In this document: piece by piece, positions 21,307 to 30,535 of the stretch
Position numbering within the stretch: position 1 is the stretch's first letter
Layout of the letters: every line of letters begins with the position of its first letter
From: Candidatus Latescibacterota bacterium
GTDB lineage: Bacteria; Latescibacterota; UBA2968
Direction: 5' to 3'
Length of the DNA stretch: 64,000 bases
Assembly: GCA_965198115.1 (NCBI GenBank)
Contig: OZ240241.1
Span: forward strand, 6,336,001 to 6,400,000
The notes under the pieces: generated by a model
Databases searched by the model: none
Told to the model about the DNA's origin: nothing
The model's input: the letters and a program-made list of their open reading frames with translations, nothing else
Made by a program: the position numbers and the translations under genes

Positions 21307-21408
21307 GTGGAACGCGCGATCGGAACACAGAAACAGATCCTCTTCGACGACGCCCTGGTCGAAGACAAGCGCGGTTTCGCTTTCAGTTCACCGACTGAAG
21401 TCGTGTAG
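21307..21408 (+). pseudogene. Deletion scar of a GH32/43-like propeller gene
   Basis: VERAIGTQKQILFDDALVEDKRGF resembles the LFIDD N-termini of the 42112/43473 genes. Confidence 0.45.
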
Positions 21409-21418
21409 GAGGATACGC

Positions 21419-22585
21419 ATGTCCGAGCGAGACAGGACCTACCGCGTCGGCATCATCGGCGCGGGACTGAAGGGCACTCAGCACGCACAGGCCTTTGCCG
21501 AGCATCCCGCCGCTGAGGTCGTGGCCGGGGCCGACACCGATGCAGCTAACCTGGCGATGTTCGGCGAACGGTTCGGCCGCACCGCTGGCCTGTACGCCGA
21601 TTACGACGAGATGCTGGCGCACGAGGAGCTGGACATCGTCTGCCCCATCCTGCCAACGGGCGTGAACCCGGATGCCGTGGTGGCGGCGGCCGAGGCGGGC
21701 GCACGTGGCGTGTTGTGCGAGAAGCCTATCGCCGCGACTCTGGCTGACGCCGACCGCATGGTCGACGTCTGTCACGCCCACGGCGTCAAGTTCGGCGCCG
21801 GTGACATGTACCGTAACTACGAGCAGCTGTGGCGCGCGAGGGAGATGATCGCGGCAGGGGAGATCGGCGACGTCATCTCCCTCGTCAACCGCGGGCCAGC
21901 GAGCTCAGGCAATGGGTGCCAGGACCTGAGCGTGGTGCGTCTGTTCGCCGGCGATGTACCGGTGGAATGGGTCGTCGGCTGGTCGAACGGCCGCCCCCTG
22001 GATGAGGCCCTCGGCGCCGTCGACGCCTCCAGCGATCACGACCAGGAGCTCGGCGGCGTGATCCGCTTCTCCTCCGGCCTGTCCGCTCAGATCGTCGACA
22101 AACCGGGCCCGCTCAACGGGATCGAAGTCCTCTGCGAACGCGGCGTGTTCACGAGTGACTACACCTCATTTCGACTGCTCGAGCGCTCCGCGCAAACGGA
22201 CAAAGGACGGAGTCTGTTCGACCTGGTGGAAATGCCCGGTCTGTTCGAGGACTCGGTCGATTGGGGTGGTCGCTACGAGGATGGCTACGATGCGGCTGGC
22301 TGGCTGGGAATGGCCTCGCGCCAGGCCGCCACGGCGCAGTCGATGATCGATGCCCTCGAAGAGGACATCGAGCCGCGGGCCAATGGCGAGAACGCGCGCG
22401 CCGTGCTGGAACTGGCCATCGCGATGCGCGAATCGGAGCGCCGCGGGCACCAACCGGTGACGTTGCCCCTGGAGGACCGGAGCCTGCAGATCCTCCCGGC
22501 TGCCCCTCGCATGTACTACAAGAAGGAAGTCCGCGGTGAGGAATGGTACGCGCAGCAGCTGGCGAGCCAGAAGCGCGAAACGTGA
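21419..22585 (+). CDS. Gfo/Idh/MocA oxidoreductase
   Basis: VGIIGAG Rossmann motif, LCEKPIA. Confidence 0.9.
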   Translation: MSERDRTYRVGIIGAGLKGTQHAQAFAEHPAAEVVAGADTDAANLAMFGERFGRTAGLYADYDEMLAHEELDIVCPILPTGVNPDAVVAAAEAGARGVLCEKPIAATLADADRMVDVCHAHGVKFGAGDMYRNYEQLWRAREMIAAGEIGDVISLVNRGPASSGNGCQDLSVVRLFAGDVPVEWVVGWSNGRPLDEALGAVDASSDHDQELGGVIRFSSGLSAQIVDKPGPLNGIEVLCERGVFTSDYTSFRLLERSAQTDKGRSLFDLVEMPGLFEDSVDWGGRYEDGYDAAGWLGMASRQAATAQSMIDALEEDIEPRANGENARAVLELAIAMRESERRGHQPVTLPLEDRSLQILPAAPRMYYKKEVRGEEWYAQQLASQKRET

Positions 22586-22710
22586 CGACCGGCGAATGGA
22601 TCATGATCCGGAACGGCGGGCTACTTCGCGACCGGCTGGCACCTGAGGAAATTCAGGAGCTCAACAGAGAACCATGACCGGAACGGAGGCGCACCATTCG
22701 GGGAGGGAAG

Positions 22711-23181
22711 ATGAACGCTCTGGAAGTCCGCAAGGCTTCGACAGAGGATTTCGAATTCCTTGCATCTTTGCTGGTCCTGGCCGATCAGGACAGACTTGCA
22801 GGAAGAGATGGTTGGGAGCGCGAGCAGTTCGTCGACCGATGTCGATCGCAAACCGGAGAAGAGGTAGCAGGAAAAGTAGCGAATAGCCTGACCTCCGTGG
22901 TTGAGGCAGATGGCATGCCAGTCGGTAGGCTGCGAGTGGTGCGAACGAGCGAAGAGCTGTACATCGCCGGGATTCAGGTTCTTCCTGAGCATCAAGGAAG
23001 AGGGATCGGCAGCAAAGTGGTTCGCTCCGTAATAGGCGAAGGAAGGAGGAAGGGCTTGCCAGTCAGACGGGAAGTTGAAAAGGCCAACCCGGATGCCAAG
23101 CGTCTATATATGCGGCTCGGCTTTAGAGTGATTGAAGATCGCGACACTATGGAGCTGATGGAGATACCTCATGGCGCATGA
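22711..23181 (+). CDS. GNAT acetyltransferase
   Basis: VLPEHQGRGIGS motif A, ANPDAKRLYMRLGF. Confidence 0.9.
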   Translation: MNALEVRKASTEDFEFLASLLVLADQDRLAGRDGWEREQFVDRCRSQTGEEVAGKVANSLTSVVEADGMPVGRLRVVRTSEELYIAGIQVLPEHQGRGIGSKVVRSVIGEGRRKGLPVRREVEKANPDAKRLYMRLGFRVIEDRDTMELMEIPHGA

Positions 23182-23240
23182 CAATCACCGCGGGGGAAAA
23201 CCTTGAGTGACGAGTTCTACACGCGACCTGTGCTTTGCGT

Positions 23241-23596
23241 CTGCCGTCACGAGCTCCGCCCATCGCACCTCCAGCTTTCCGCTCATCCTGAGTAGCGGGC
23301 GGCTTCAAGCCCGCATATCGAAGGACCCCTTCCTCAGGCCCAATTCGAATACGCCGGCTGACGCGCCCTTTCCGCTGTCGCCTTGAGTGCGACCGGGGAG
23401 AAGTGCGTCCTCGCGGTGCCCCTTTCGTCTGCAGAGAGCCCCCCTGGTCGCCTGCCTTCGCCCAGGCTGCTGCAAGCGTGGCCACCCAACGATTCAAACG
23501 CCCCGCATTAGGCTGGCGCACCCCCCGCTCCGCCCAAACCTGAGCTCGATTCCCTTGTCAGGCTACGTGAGAACGCCGTTTATTCTTCCTATCCGC
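23241..23596 (+). mobile_element. 3' end of ISCR/IS91-like element: degenerate transposase tail plus oriIS (family 1, copy 1)
   Basis: LPSRAPPIAPPA...PQAQFEYAG* remnant, then 235 bp ending GCCGTTTATTCTTCCTATCCGC. Confidence 0.7.
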
Positions 23597-23697
23597 CTCA
23601 GCTGTGGGTGATGGACGCTGACGGCGGCGGGCAGCGATGCCTGACGACCGGCGACAGCGGCAGTGGCGTCGACCATCCGCGCTGGCTGCCCGGTTGA
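23597..23697 (+). pseudogene. C-terminal stump of TolB/PD40-repeat protein
   Basis: QLWVMDADGGGQRCLT...DHPRWLPG*, starting exactly at the oriIS end. Confidence 0.65.
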
Positions 23698-23707
23698 TGC
23701 CGGGCGG

Positions 23708-24718
23708 TCAGAAGGCGGGTATCTTCACCGCCTGCGCCTCTCCGGTACGAATCGAAGCCTCGATGCATTCCACGAGCACGGCCGAGCGGATCCCCTCGCG
23801 GGCGCCGATGGCCGGGTCCGTCCCGGTGCGAATGGCGCTCACGAGGTCGCACAAGCGGGGCGCCTCGGACGCTTTCACGGTCTCGGTGACAAGCTCGCCG
23901 GAGGCGGCGTTGGGGAGCGTGAAGGTGGCGGTCTTGAAGTGCTCGTGGAGGACGGCGGTGCCGGCACCGTCGAAGAACTCGAAGAACCACTTCGACAGGA
24001 TCTCGTTGCGGCCCGCATCCGTCATCAGGAAGGTGGCCACGGAGCCGTTGGCGAAGCGCAGCGTGGCGGCGCAGGTGTCGACCATGTCCGGGCTGCCGAG
24101 CTGGCCAGCATGGGTGATCTGGCCGCCGGTGGCGAAGACCTCCACGGGGTCGGCGTCGTGCACCCAGCAGAGCAGGTCGAGGGCGTGCACGCCGACGTCG
24201 TAGAGCGGCCCGCCGCCGATCGTCGGGTGCCAGCGCCAGGTCGTCAGGTCCGCGGGTGCCTGCGTGCACTGGCCGTGGCTGACGAGCGGCGTTCCGAGGC
24301 GCTGACGGATCGCGCGGGCCGCCCCGGAAAAGCGTATGGAGAAGTTCAGCTGCAGCCGGCACCCGCTGGCCTTGCGCGCCGCCTCGATGCGCAGGCAGTC
24401 GGCGACATTCATGGCCATCGGCTTCTCGAGGAACAGGTGCTTACCGGCTTCGAAGGCGGCCACGGCGAGGTCTGCGTGGGAGTCGTGGGCCGTGGCGATG
24501 GCGAGGATGTCGATCTCCGGGTCCTCGAGCAAGCGGGCCGGGTCGGTCGTGTGCACGGCGCCGTCGTGCTCGGCGGCGAGTCTCTCCGCAGTCCCCGCGT
24601 CGACGTCGCAGAACGCTCGTACGGTGACATCGGCATCGATGGTGGCATACTTCGCGTGCGCACGGCCAGCACCTCCGCAACCGATCAGGCCCCAACCGAA
24701 AACTTTGTTCGTCATCAA
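23708..24718 (-). CDS. Gfo/Idh/MocA oxidoreductase
   Basis: WGLIGCGGAG, GKHLFLEKPMA, GGGPLYDVGVH; GGAGG RBS. Confidence 0.9.
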   Translation of the reverse strand: MMTNKVFGWGLIGCGGAGRAHAKYATIDADVTVRAFCDVDAGTAERLAAEHDGAVHTTDPARLLEDPEIDILAIATAHDSHADLAVAAFEAGKHLFLEKPMAMNVADCLRIEAARKASGCRLQLNFSIRFSGAARAIRQRLGTPLVSHGQCTQAPADLTTWRWHPTIGGGPLYDVGVHALDLLCWVHDADPVEVFATGGQITHAGQLGSPDMVDTCAATLRFANGSVATFLMTDAGRNEILSKWFFEFFDGAGTAVLHEHFKTATFTLPNAASGELVTETVKASEAPRLCDLVSAIRTGTDPAIGAREGIRSAVLVECIEASIRTGEAQAVKIPAF

Positions 24719-24749
24719 TCACCTCCTGGTCGCTTGAGCAGTCGCTTGA

Positions 24750-24818
24750 GCTCCGCCCAAACCTGAGCTCGATCCCTTGTCAGGCTACGTGAGAACGCCG
24801 TTTATTCTTCCTATCCGC
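24750..24818 (+). repeat. oriIS-like repeat, family 1 copy 2
   Basis: Near-identical to 23527-23596 with the same 3' end CTATCCGC. Confidence 0.85.
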
Positions 24819-24947
24819 TAAGATCATCAATGTCCTCTGGATAGATCAGGGGGAATCCGAGCGTATCTCGGAAGAACTCGACCTGGGTTTGCATGTTCGT
24901 GACATACAGAATGACCCGATTCAGTCTGATTCCGGAAGGATGGCATG
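24819..24947 (-). pseudogene. N-terminal stump of VOC/glyoxalase gene
   Basis: SGIRLNRVILYVTNMQTQVEFFRDTLGFPLIYPED, cut at repeat copy 2. Confidence 0.65.
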
Positions 24948-25066
24948 ATTTCGCGCTCATTGACGTTACTCCGAACAAGATTACCACCAACGCTCAGAAG
25001 GCAGGCTCGGGACCGCTTCATCGCCTGTTCCTTTCACAGTCCTTGTGGCAGCTCACGAGGAATCCT

Positions 25067-25858
25067 TCAACTCATTCTCATTCCACCGTCGACATTGAGT
25101 GACTGGCCCGTGATATTCCTTGCACGGTCCGACGAGAGGAAGGCGACCGCCATTCCGATGTCCTTGGGCGTCTGTTCCCGTCCGAGAGGGCAGTTTGCCT
25201 CAAGGTAATTCTCGAACGTCTTCCGTTCCTCGATTTCCTCCTCAGTTTCGACCTCGCCGAACATTGACTCCAGTTCCCGCCACATATTTGTCCACAAGAG
25301 GCCCGGACAGACCGCGTTTACGTTGATGTTGTGCGGGCCGAGGGAGGAAGCCAACGACTGCGTCAGGCTGATGGCGCCCGCTTTCGAGGCTCCGTAGTGT
25401 GGCAGCCCGGCTGAACCCTTTCGTCCCGCGATCGATGCGATGTTGACGATTTTTCCGCCACCATTGGCCACGAAGTGATCCACGAGTCCGCTGCTGACAA
25501 TCCAGATTCCTTTGAGGTTCACGCTGTAACACGTGTCCCAATCGTCGAGGTCAACGGCTCCACCCACGTGTTTTCCCACGACGCCGGCATTGTTTACGAG
25601 GATGTCGATTCGATCGTGCTCCGCGAGTGCTGCTTCCAGTCCTGCGGAGACCGATATCTCATCGGCGACATCCATTTCGACGACAGTGGCCATGCGGTTC
25701 AGATCTTCGATGTCGCTTGCCGTCTTTTCGGCGTTTTCAAGGTCGAGATCCGCGATGACGATGTCGGAACCTTCCTTGGCCAGTTCCAGAGAAATACCAC
25801 GACCGATTCCGCGTCCCCCACCCTTGATCAGTGCTGTTTTGTCGTCGAGGGTACCCAC
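25067..25858 (-). CDS. SDR-family oxidoreductase
   Basis: GGGRGIG, LVNNAG, YGASK, ITGQSLNVDGG. Confidence 0.92.
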   Translation of the reverse strand: MGTLDDKTALIKGGGRGIGRGISLELAKEGSDIVIADLDLENAEKTASDIEDLNRMATVVEMDVADEISVSAGLEAALAEHDRIDILVNNAGVVGKHVGGAVDLDDWDTCYSVNLKGIWIVSSGLVDHFVANGGGKIVNIASIAGRKGSAGLPHYGASKAGAISLTQSLASSLGPHNINVNAVCPGLLWTNMWRELESMFGEVETEEEIEERKTFENYLEANCPLGREQTPKDIGMAVAFLSSDRARNITGQSLNVDGGMRMS

Positions 25859-25874
25859 TTAGAGAGTCCTTAAA

Positions 25875-26864
25875 CTAGGCTGATACAGGATGGGCAGCTC
25901 TTACGAGGTCCACTCCGCGGTACACAGTTTCCGGGGTGATCCCCGCCTTTTTGAGACAGGCGTCGATAAACTGGATTTCATCGTGGGAGAGTTTGTGAAG
26001 GGGCGGCCTCACGTGTGCGGATTCGAGTCGACCCAACAGTACGAGGGATTCCTTCATTCGGTTATGCATGTCGAGGAATGGGTCGCTATAGAACGCCTGA
26101 ACCGTGTGGTAGATCCGATGGTTCACGGCTTGCGCGGTGATCAGGTCTTTCGAGGCGACAGCTTCCCACAGCGCTACTTGAAAGTCCGGAATCACGCTGC
26201 CGGCGCCGGAAAGGAGACCGTCACACCCGAGGACGAGAGATCCAAGGAGCCAAGCGCTGTGTGTCGAGAGGATGTTGACCGGTGTCTCGAGGCTGTGTAA
26301 CTCTCGAATGTGCCTCTCGTGCAGCGCTGGATCGTTGCACCAGTCCTTGATCGCCCGGATCGCGGGAAAACGACGACAGAGATCGAGCAACGTATCGAGG
26401 GGATATCCAAGACCGCTGCTCAAAGGGTACTGAAACAGGATGAGCGGTAACTGTGTCTGTTCCGCGATACATTCGAAATGACGAACGGCCATTTCGGGCC
26501 GTTTCTGGCCACCCATGGTCATGCTTCCCGGTGGAAAGACGAGGAGACACGCAGCGCCGGCCTCCTCCGCCATTTTCGCGATTTGTCCAGCCTCTATGCT
26601 GCCTCCGGTGAAGACGCCAGCGATGATGGGAAGTCGTCCTGCGAGCTCATCGACCGCGATCCGGATTCCTTCTCGCTGCTCGTCGAGAGTCATGGCATGG
26701 ATTTCGGCTGCATGGCCGTTTACGGTGATTGCGCTGATTCCGTGTACGGATGCGAGGTCGTTGAGGTGACTCCGATACGCGGCCTCGTCGATTGCAAGAC
26801 TTGCGTCGAAGGGCAGGAGGCAGGCGGGGATAACGCCTGAGGGAGTGTAGTTATCGAGTGACAC
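25875..26864 (-). CDS. Dihydrodipicolinate synthase/N-acetylneuraminate lyase family protein
   Basis: GVIPACLLPF, LLVFPP, LFQY, AIKDW, VRPPL; GTG start with GAGGT RBS. Confidence 0.85.
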   Translation of the reverse strand: MSLDNYTPSGVIPACLLPFDASLAIDEAAYRSHLNDLASVHGISAITVNGHAAEIHAMTLDEQREGIRIAVDELAGRLPIIAGVFTGGSIEAGQIAKMAEEAGAACLLVFPPGSMTMGGQKRPEMAVRHFECIAEQTQLPLILFQYPLSSGLGYPLDTLLDLCRRFPAIRAIKDWCNDPALHERHIRELHSLETPVNILSTHSAWLLGSLVLGCDGLLSGAGSVIPDFQVALWEAVASKDLITAQAVNHRIYHTVQAFYSDPFLDMHNRMKESLVLLGRLESAHVRPPLHKLSHDEIQFIDACLKKAGITPETVYRGVDLVRAAHPVSA

Positions 26865-27004
26865 GTCTACCTCATTGGATTTGTGTGCACATCGGAGAGG
26901 CGTTTCATCGAGCGCGAGTCGAGTATGCCAGCGGCGTAGAGGCCGGGGCAGGAGAAGAAACTGCTTTTTGCTTGTGCTCAATCTATTTATCCTCCAATCA
27001 AGCT

Positions 27005-27901
27005 TCAGATTTTCTGGGCGATCTCCAGCCGCAGCCCATCGAGCCCTTCGAAGGCGAACGCGCGCCTCGACATGCCTGGCAGGGGCGTTCGCGTGGACGG
27101 CGGAGCCCCGACAGCCACACCCCTTTGAGCCAGTTCGTCGTAGGCCTGTGCGACGTCGTCGGTCCAGAAGCCCAGTGCGCCGACCGCTCCAGGTCCTACT
27201 GGCCATCCCCTGGTGGATTCGCTTTGCGTGAGCTCCAGGTCGGTCATACCCGCAGCAAAAACCGATTCTTCGAACCCTTCTACGGCCGGTACTGTTTCTG
27301 TTCTGTGGCTCAGTTCTTCCAGGCCCAGCTTCAGGCCATAGAAATCTCTTTCGGCGCTGACGTCGCTGCAGATGATTTGCACGTGGTCGAAGCCTTGCAG
27401 CAGGCCTGGACCGCAGGCCGCCGCCCGCGCTCTTTTCTCATCGAGGCGACCCTGCAGATGCTCGCGCGGGTCGATCAGGTCGGCTATCTGAATGATATAT
27501 CCATCCGGGTCGTTGAACTGAAGAAGCGATCTTTGCATATACGCGTGGTCCATCGGTTGCACGCTGGGGCCATCAGGGGTTGTGAGCGGATTGCTCACCA
27601 GAGACTTTTTCAACACCCTGAATGCTTCATGGTTATCTGCCGTGTAAAAAGCAAAGTGCCCCACGGAACCGGGCACGTCCCTGGGGTCCTTTCTCTCGCC
27701 GGAAGGCAGCAACGACGTCACGGCATCGGCGTCTTCGTGCAGCTCGAGGACCGAATCGCCTATGGCAAACATCGACACTCGATCTCCGTGCGGACCTGCT
27801 CCGTGTGCCAATCCCTCCAGGCCGAGCTGTTCGCCGTATAGCGTGCGGCAGGCGGCCAGGTGGAGCACGCGCATCTCGAGATGGGCAATGCCAGTCAGCA
27901 T
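27005..27901 (-). CDS. Two-domain VOC/glyoxalase protein
   Basis: GIAHLE, DPDGYIIQI, GFDHVQI, GLDGLRLEI. Confidence 0.8.
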   Translation of the reverse strand: MLTGIAHLEMRVLHLAACRTLYGEQLGLEGLAHGAGPHGDRVSMFAIGDSVLELHEDADAVTSLLPSGERKDPRDVPGSVGHFAFYTADNHEAFRVLKKSLVSNPLTTPDGPSVQPMDHAYMQRSLLQFNDPDGYIIQIADLIDPREHLQGRLDEKRARAAACGPGLLQGFDHVQIICSDVSAERDFYGLKLGLEELSHRTETVPAVEGFEESVFAAGMTDLELTQSESTRGWPVGPGAVGALGFWTDDVAQAYDELAQRGVAVGAPPSTRTPLPGMSRRAFAFEGLDGLRLEIAQKI

Positions 27902-27949
27902 GATTTCTCTTTCCCCCCGCTTCAGAAGGGCCCCCGATCGTTCTTCCGA

Positions 27950-29224
27950 TTAACTGTTTGCGGCTGTCAGCCACTCCAAGCTGAATCGCGCCACGCTGAT
28001 CTTTTCGCTGTCGCGGACCTTGCCGTTGGTATACAGACAGAGGATGGTCCCGTCGGCTGTCACCGCCAGGTCGGAATACCGGGACAGCCCTGGCTCAAGC
28101 GGCCGCGAAATGAGCCAGCTCCTGCCTTCGTCCCGGCTCAGGCGAATCGTCATCTCTCTGGCCGGACATGGATTGGAAAACAGCAAGATGCTTTCAGCCT
28201 GGCCATCCCGACGGTAGCGGGTCAGGCCCGCGTGGAGATTGGCGTCCGGTATTTCTTCGTGCTGGCCGTGTTCACAGAAGGTTTCACCGCAATCGCTACT
28301 GCGCGCGAAGTGGCGCTTGCCCGTGGCACGTGTGTTCTTGCGATAGCTGACGTAGATGCCGCCGTCCATCGTTTCCACGAGGCTGACTTCGTCAGAGCCC
28401 TCGGGCAGGACTGCGCCCGCTTGCCAATTTTTTCCGTGGTCGTCGCTGTACAACAAGCCCCCGCGCACCCCCGGTATCTGTCCCGGTTCGCCCTCCTTGT
28501 AAAGAAACGCCGGTATGAGCAACCGTCCCTTGCATTTCCCAAAGGCAAGTTGGATGCCGTGCACACTGTTGTTGGGCCATCCCACCCAGCCTTCATCGTT
28601 CGGCAGGGGTCTGACATAGAAGGGCTCAGACCAACTCCGCCCCTCATCGGTGCTCTTGAGCAGCCAGAAACCGCCTCCCTGTTTGGCATATTCGCTGAAG
28701 TAACCCAGATCGTCCAACACCTCGGCAGGCATCTTCCAGAAGGCAACGAATACGGCACCCGTCGTGCCATCCTCGAAGATGGGCCCGAGGTAGGTGTAAG
28801 CATTCTCTTCCTCGAAGATGACTTCCTGCCGCTGCCAGGTCACTCCGCCGTCTTCGCTGCGCGACATCGAGAGGTCGACCTGGTTGCCGCCGTCCCCCAT
28901 CGAATTATGCCGTTTTTGACACACGGCAATAGCCGTCCCTTGCGCTGTGACGATCAGCCCCGGTAGATGCAAACCAAACCCGTCGAAGTCGTGATACTTC
29001 AAGGCTGTAAGATCCACCTCGATCGGCATATCTGCGAGGGCATCCCTTTCCTGTCTGCTTATTCCTTTCAGATGGATGAGCACGGATTTCGGCTCCCGGG
29101 TGCTATAGTAGATGTGGCCGACGGCGTGCTCTGCCCGCTCCCAATGATAGGCTGGGGCCTGGGCCAATGTCTCGCCCTGCCCTGGCAGGAACACATCGAT
29201 CTTCTCAAAGAACGCTTCGCTCAT
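27950..29224 (-). CDS. Sialidase (GH33-like, BNR repeats)
   Basis: SEDGGVTW, STDEGRSW, SDDHGKNW, SRDEGRSW, YSDL; FRIP-like position reads LHLPGL. Confidence 0.8.
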   Translation of the reverse strand: MSEAFFEKIDVFLPGQGETLAQAPAYHWERAEHAVGHIYYSTREPKSVLIHLKGISRQERDALADMPIEVDLTALKYHDFDGFGLHLPGLIVTAQGTAIAVCQKRHNSMGDGGNQVDLSMSRSEDGGVTWQRQEVIFEEENAYTYLGPIFEDGTTGAVFVAFWKMPAEVLDDLGYFSEYAKQGGGFWLLKSTDEGRSWSEPFYVRPLPNDEGWVGWPNNSVHGIQLAFGKCKGRLLIPAFLYKEGEPGQIPGVRGGLLYSDDHGKNWQAGAVLPEGSDEVSLVETMDGGIYVSYRKNTRATGKRHFARSSDCGETFCEHGQHEEIPDANLHAGLTRYRRDGQAESILLFSNPCPAREMTIRLSRDEGRSWLISRPLEPGLSRYSDLAVTADGTILCLYTNGKVRDSEKISVARFSLEWLTAANS

Positions 29225-29284
29225 GGATTGCAATTCCTGCATAAAATGGGAGAGCGTGTCAGCTTCTCGGAAACGCAAGTTATC

Positions 29285-29335
29285 ACCCAGGGTTGTTCCA
29301 ACCCTGGGCTAGGGGACACAACCCCTTCGGGGTTG
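29285..29335 (-). repeat. REP-like double-hairpin repeat
   Basis: CCCAGGGTTG..CAACCCTGGG plus CAACCCCTTCGGGGTTG; inverted relative of 31688-31734. Confidence 0.65.
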
Positions 29336-29471
29336 AGATCCCTCCGGAATCGTTCCAGATTTAGTGAAGCTACTTCCGGGACACCATACTAGGTGGTTTC
29401 GCCTCCATCAGCATTCATTCAGGGCGACAATCAGACCCACGCCATCATCCGCGCGCCTCGAGCCTGAGGCG

Positions 29472-30308
29472 TCAGATCGTTTTGCGGACCTTTTCGGCGT
29501 CGTTGAAGAGAATCTCGCGCACCTGATCGGTCGCCCTCTCGTGGAACGCGACGGCTTCCGGGTCGAAGTCCCGGGCGGGAACCGGCGTCGGGCGAAAGTG
29601 ACCGTAGCGGTCTTCACCCCGTACCAGTGCGGCACTGTCCCACTCGCCGACGATCTGCTTCGTGTGTGGGGGCACGTAGTGTAGCGAGAGGCCGATTCGA
29701 CGGTCGTTCGAACGGTTTGGGCTCGACGCGTGGGCGAGCCGCCCGTTGTGTAGGGATACTTGACCGGTTTCCAGCGGCATGGCGACGGTCTTCGACTCAT
29801 CGACTTCTACCGAGATCTCCTGTCCCCGCGTCAGCATGTTATCGTCCCTGTATTCGTCCTTATGGGGAAGAAGGTCGCCTCTGTGAGATCCGGGCAGGAC
29901 GTGCATACAGCCGCTTTCGAGCGTGGCCGGCGAAAGGGCCAGCCATGCGGTAATCAGGTCGCTCGTATCGAGACCCCAATAGCGCAGATCTTGATGCCAC
30001 GAGACGAAGGCTTCGCTTTTTGCTTCTTTAACCCAGAAGAGCGTGTTCCAGCACAGGATATCGGGGCCAATCAGATCCTCGATTGCATCGAGCATCGTGG
30101 AATGTCGCATCAGGTCGTCGACCCATTTGAATAGCAGGTGGGACTTGCTCCGCTGCGCTCCCCCAATCGGTTTGCCTTCGTCCGTCTCGAAGCGCTCGAG
30201 CAGCGACCTCTTCGCTACGGCCTCATCCTCGCTCAGAATTGTGACAGGGGAATAGTAGCCATCCCGGTCGAATTGCTCGATGGCGTTTTCACTCAGTAAT
30301 TTCGGCAT
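29472..30308 (-). CDS. Phytanoyl-CoA dioxygenase (PhyH) family
   Basis: VSWHQD, GCMHVLPGSH, HASSPNRSNDRRIG. Confidence 0.92.
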   Translation of the reverse strand: MPKLLSENAIEQFDRDGYYSPVTILSEDEAVAKRSLLERFETDEGKPIGGAQRSKSHLLFKWVDDLMRHSTMLDAIEDLIGPDILCWNTLFWVKEAKSEAFVSWHQDLRYWGLDTSDLITAWLALSPATLESGCMHVLPGSHRGDLLPHKDEYRDDNMLTRGQEISVEVDESKTVAMPLETGQVSLHNGRLAHASSPNRSNDRRIGLSLHYVPPHTKQIVGEWDSAALVRGEDRYGHFRPTPVPARDFDPEAVAFHERATDQVREILFNDAEKVRKTI

Positions 30309-30535
30309 AGAGTCCTCCTATGGATGTCCTTCAAGGTAAAACCGGGAACCACGAAAAGACACGAAAGAACACGAAAGGGTAGAGCACCGGGCATACCAGG
30401 CCCTATTCGGGGAGTGGGATCGAGATGCGATGAGCATCTTCTTGGAAGCCTTGACAGCTACTGGCGAAGACCCCTCCTTGGCAGCCATACGCAAGATAGT
30501 GCCTTTGTAGCTTGTACACGTAGAGGAGATTAGAA

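Noticed and set aside
23555-23590. Outward sigma70 promoter inside the oriIS repeat (TTGTCA...TATTCT)
   Set aside because: The spacer is 20 bp, too long to call with confidence.
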